A program made the position numbers and the translations under genes. This document shows, one piece after another, positions 63,637 through 64,000 of a DNA stretch of 64,000 bases. How positions within the stretch are numbered: the first letter of the stretch is position 1; every line of letters begins with the position of its first letter. Origin of the DNA: Octopus sinensis (Eukaryota); NCBI RefSeq assembly GCF_006345805.1, contig NC_043015.1, positions 51,522,001-51,586,000 of the forward strand, given 5' to 3'. The notes below the pieces were generated by a model. The model worked only from the letters and a program-made list of their open reading frames with translations, was not told the origin of the DNA and ran no database searches.

Positions 63637-64000
63637 CCTCCTTCTTTCCTTCTTTCCTGAGCGTCCAATAATACTATATTTGTTCCACGTCCTCGCGTTG
63701 TTGTGTTTTTTTTGTGCTTTCTTGTTTGGATTAACTTATATATATATAAAATTGCTATTATGTTAAACTGTCACATGTCCAAATGCGTTCTCTTTCAATA
63801 TTTATTTTTGCTTGCAATAGCCGGTTCTTTTGGTCAAACTATCGTATCTCCAGCTGCTTCAGATGCCAAAAATTGTCAAAGTTTAGTACAACGGTTTTGC
63901 TATGGAATGATGAAACTACTTTTTGCGTTTTGTGAAGAAGCAAGGTTTTGGACTTACGAAGCTTCTGAATAATAGCAACTAATATATATATATATATATA

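Larger units (their letters stand above)
59851..63985 (+). pseudogene. Decayed downstream exons of an LRR (TLR-like or other LRR receptor) gene
   Basis: Phase-2 acceptors at 59851, 61666, 61976 and 63821 and a donor at 61877. LRR-like fragments are broken by stops and frameshifts: NNLKYFLKL, KYTHLKHLSL, FLPNLKF..NELSSLS, KYLTSLRS, SKVLDLRS. Confidence 0.5.

Noticed and set aside
63821-63972. TIR-domain-like reading (QTIVSPA...EEARFW) of the last + ORF
   Set aside because: The resemblance is vague. The alternative phase-2 frame gives an LRR-like KVLDLRS consistent with the other exons. It cannot be resolved without a profile search.

Overview
This is AT-rich, repeat-saturated eukaryotic DNA. 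I infer a cephalopod, most likely Octopus, from the SINE families and the dense (TA)n, (CA)n, (GA)n and (CAT)n microsatellites. Nearly all ORFs in the supplied track are microsatellite artefacts, and I found no complete intact protein-coding gene. The window contains: (1) dozens of tRNA-derived SINE copies in three families; (2) LINE remnants (RTE-like, CR1-superclade, two R4/Dong-like 3' ends in (AAT)n tracts); (3) mariner fragments and MITEs, a Tigger-like MITE, a hAT MITE with an 8-bp TSD and a ~1.1-kb long-TIR element with a TTAA TSD; (4) a + strand leucine-rich-repeat gene at 58.5-64 kb with one open 301-nt exon followed by decayed exons, probably a pseudogene; (5) a 100-N assembly gap. 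The most notable signal is eight minimal type-I hammerhead-ribozyme-like motifs, several degenerate, in Penelope-like repeat ends. Two lie in a composite element with a tRNA-like Pol III head, an (AAT)n linker and a hammerhead arm. One of these copies is a fold-back and the other is bounded by a perfect 19-bp target-site duplication. All calls were made by eye with no database search, and repeat boundaries are approximate.
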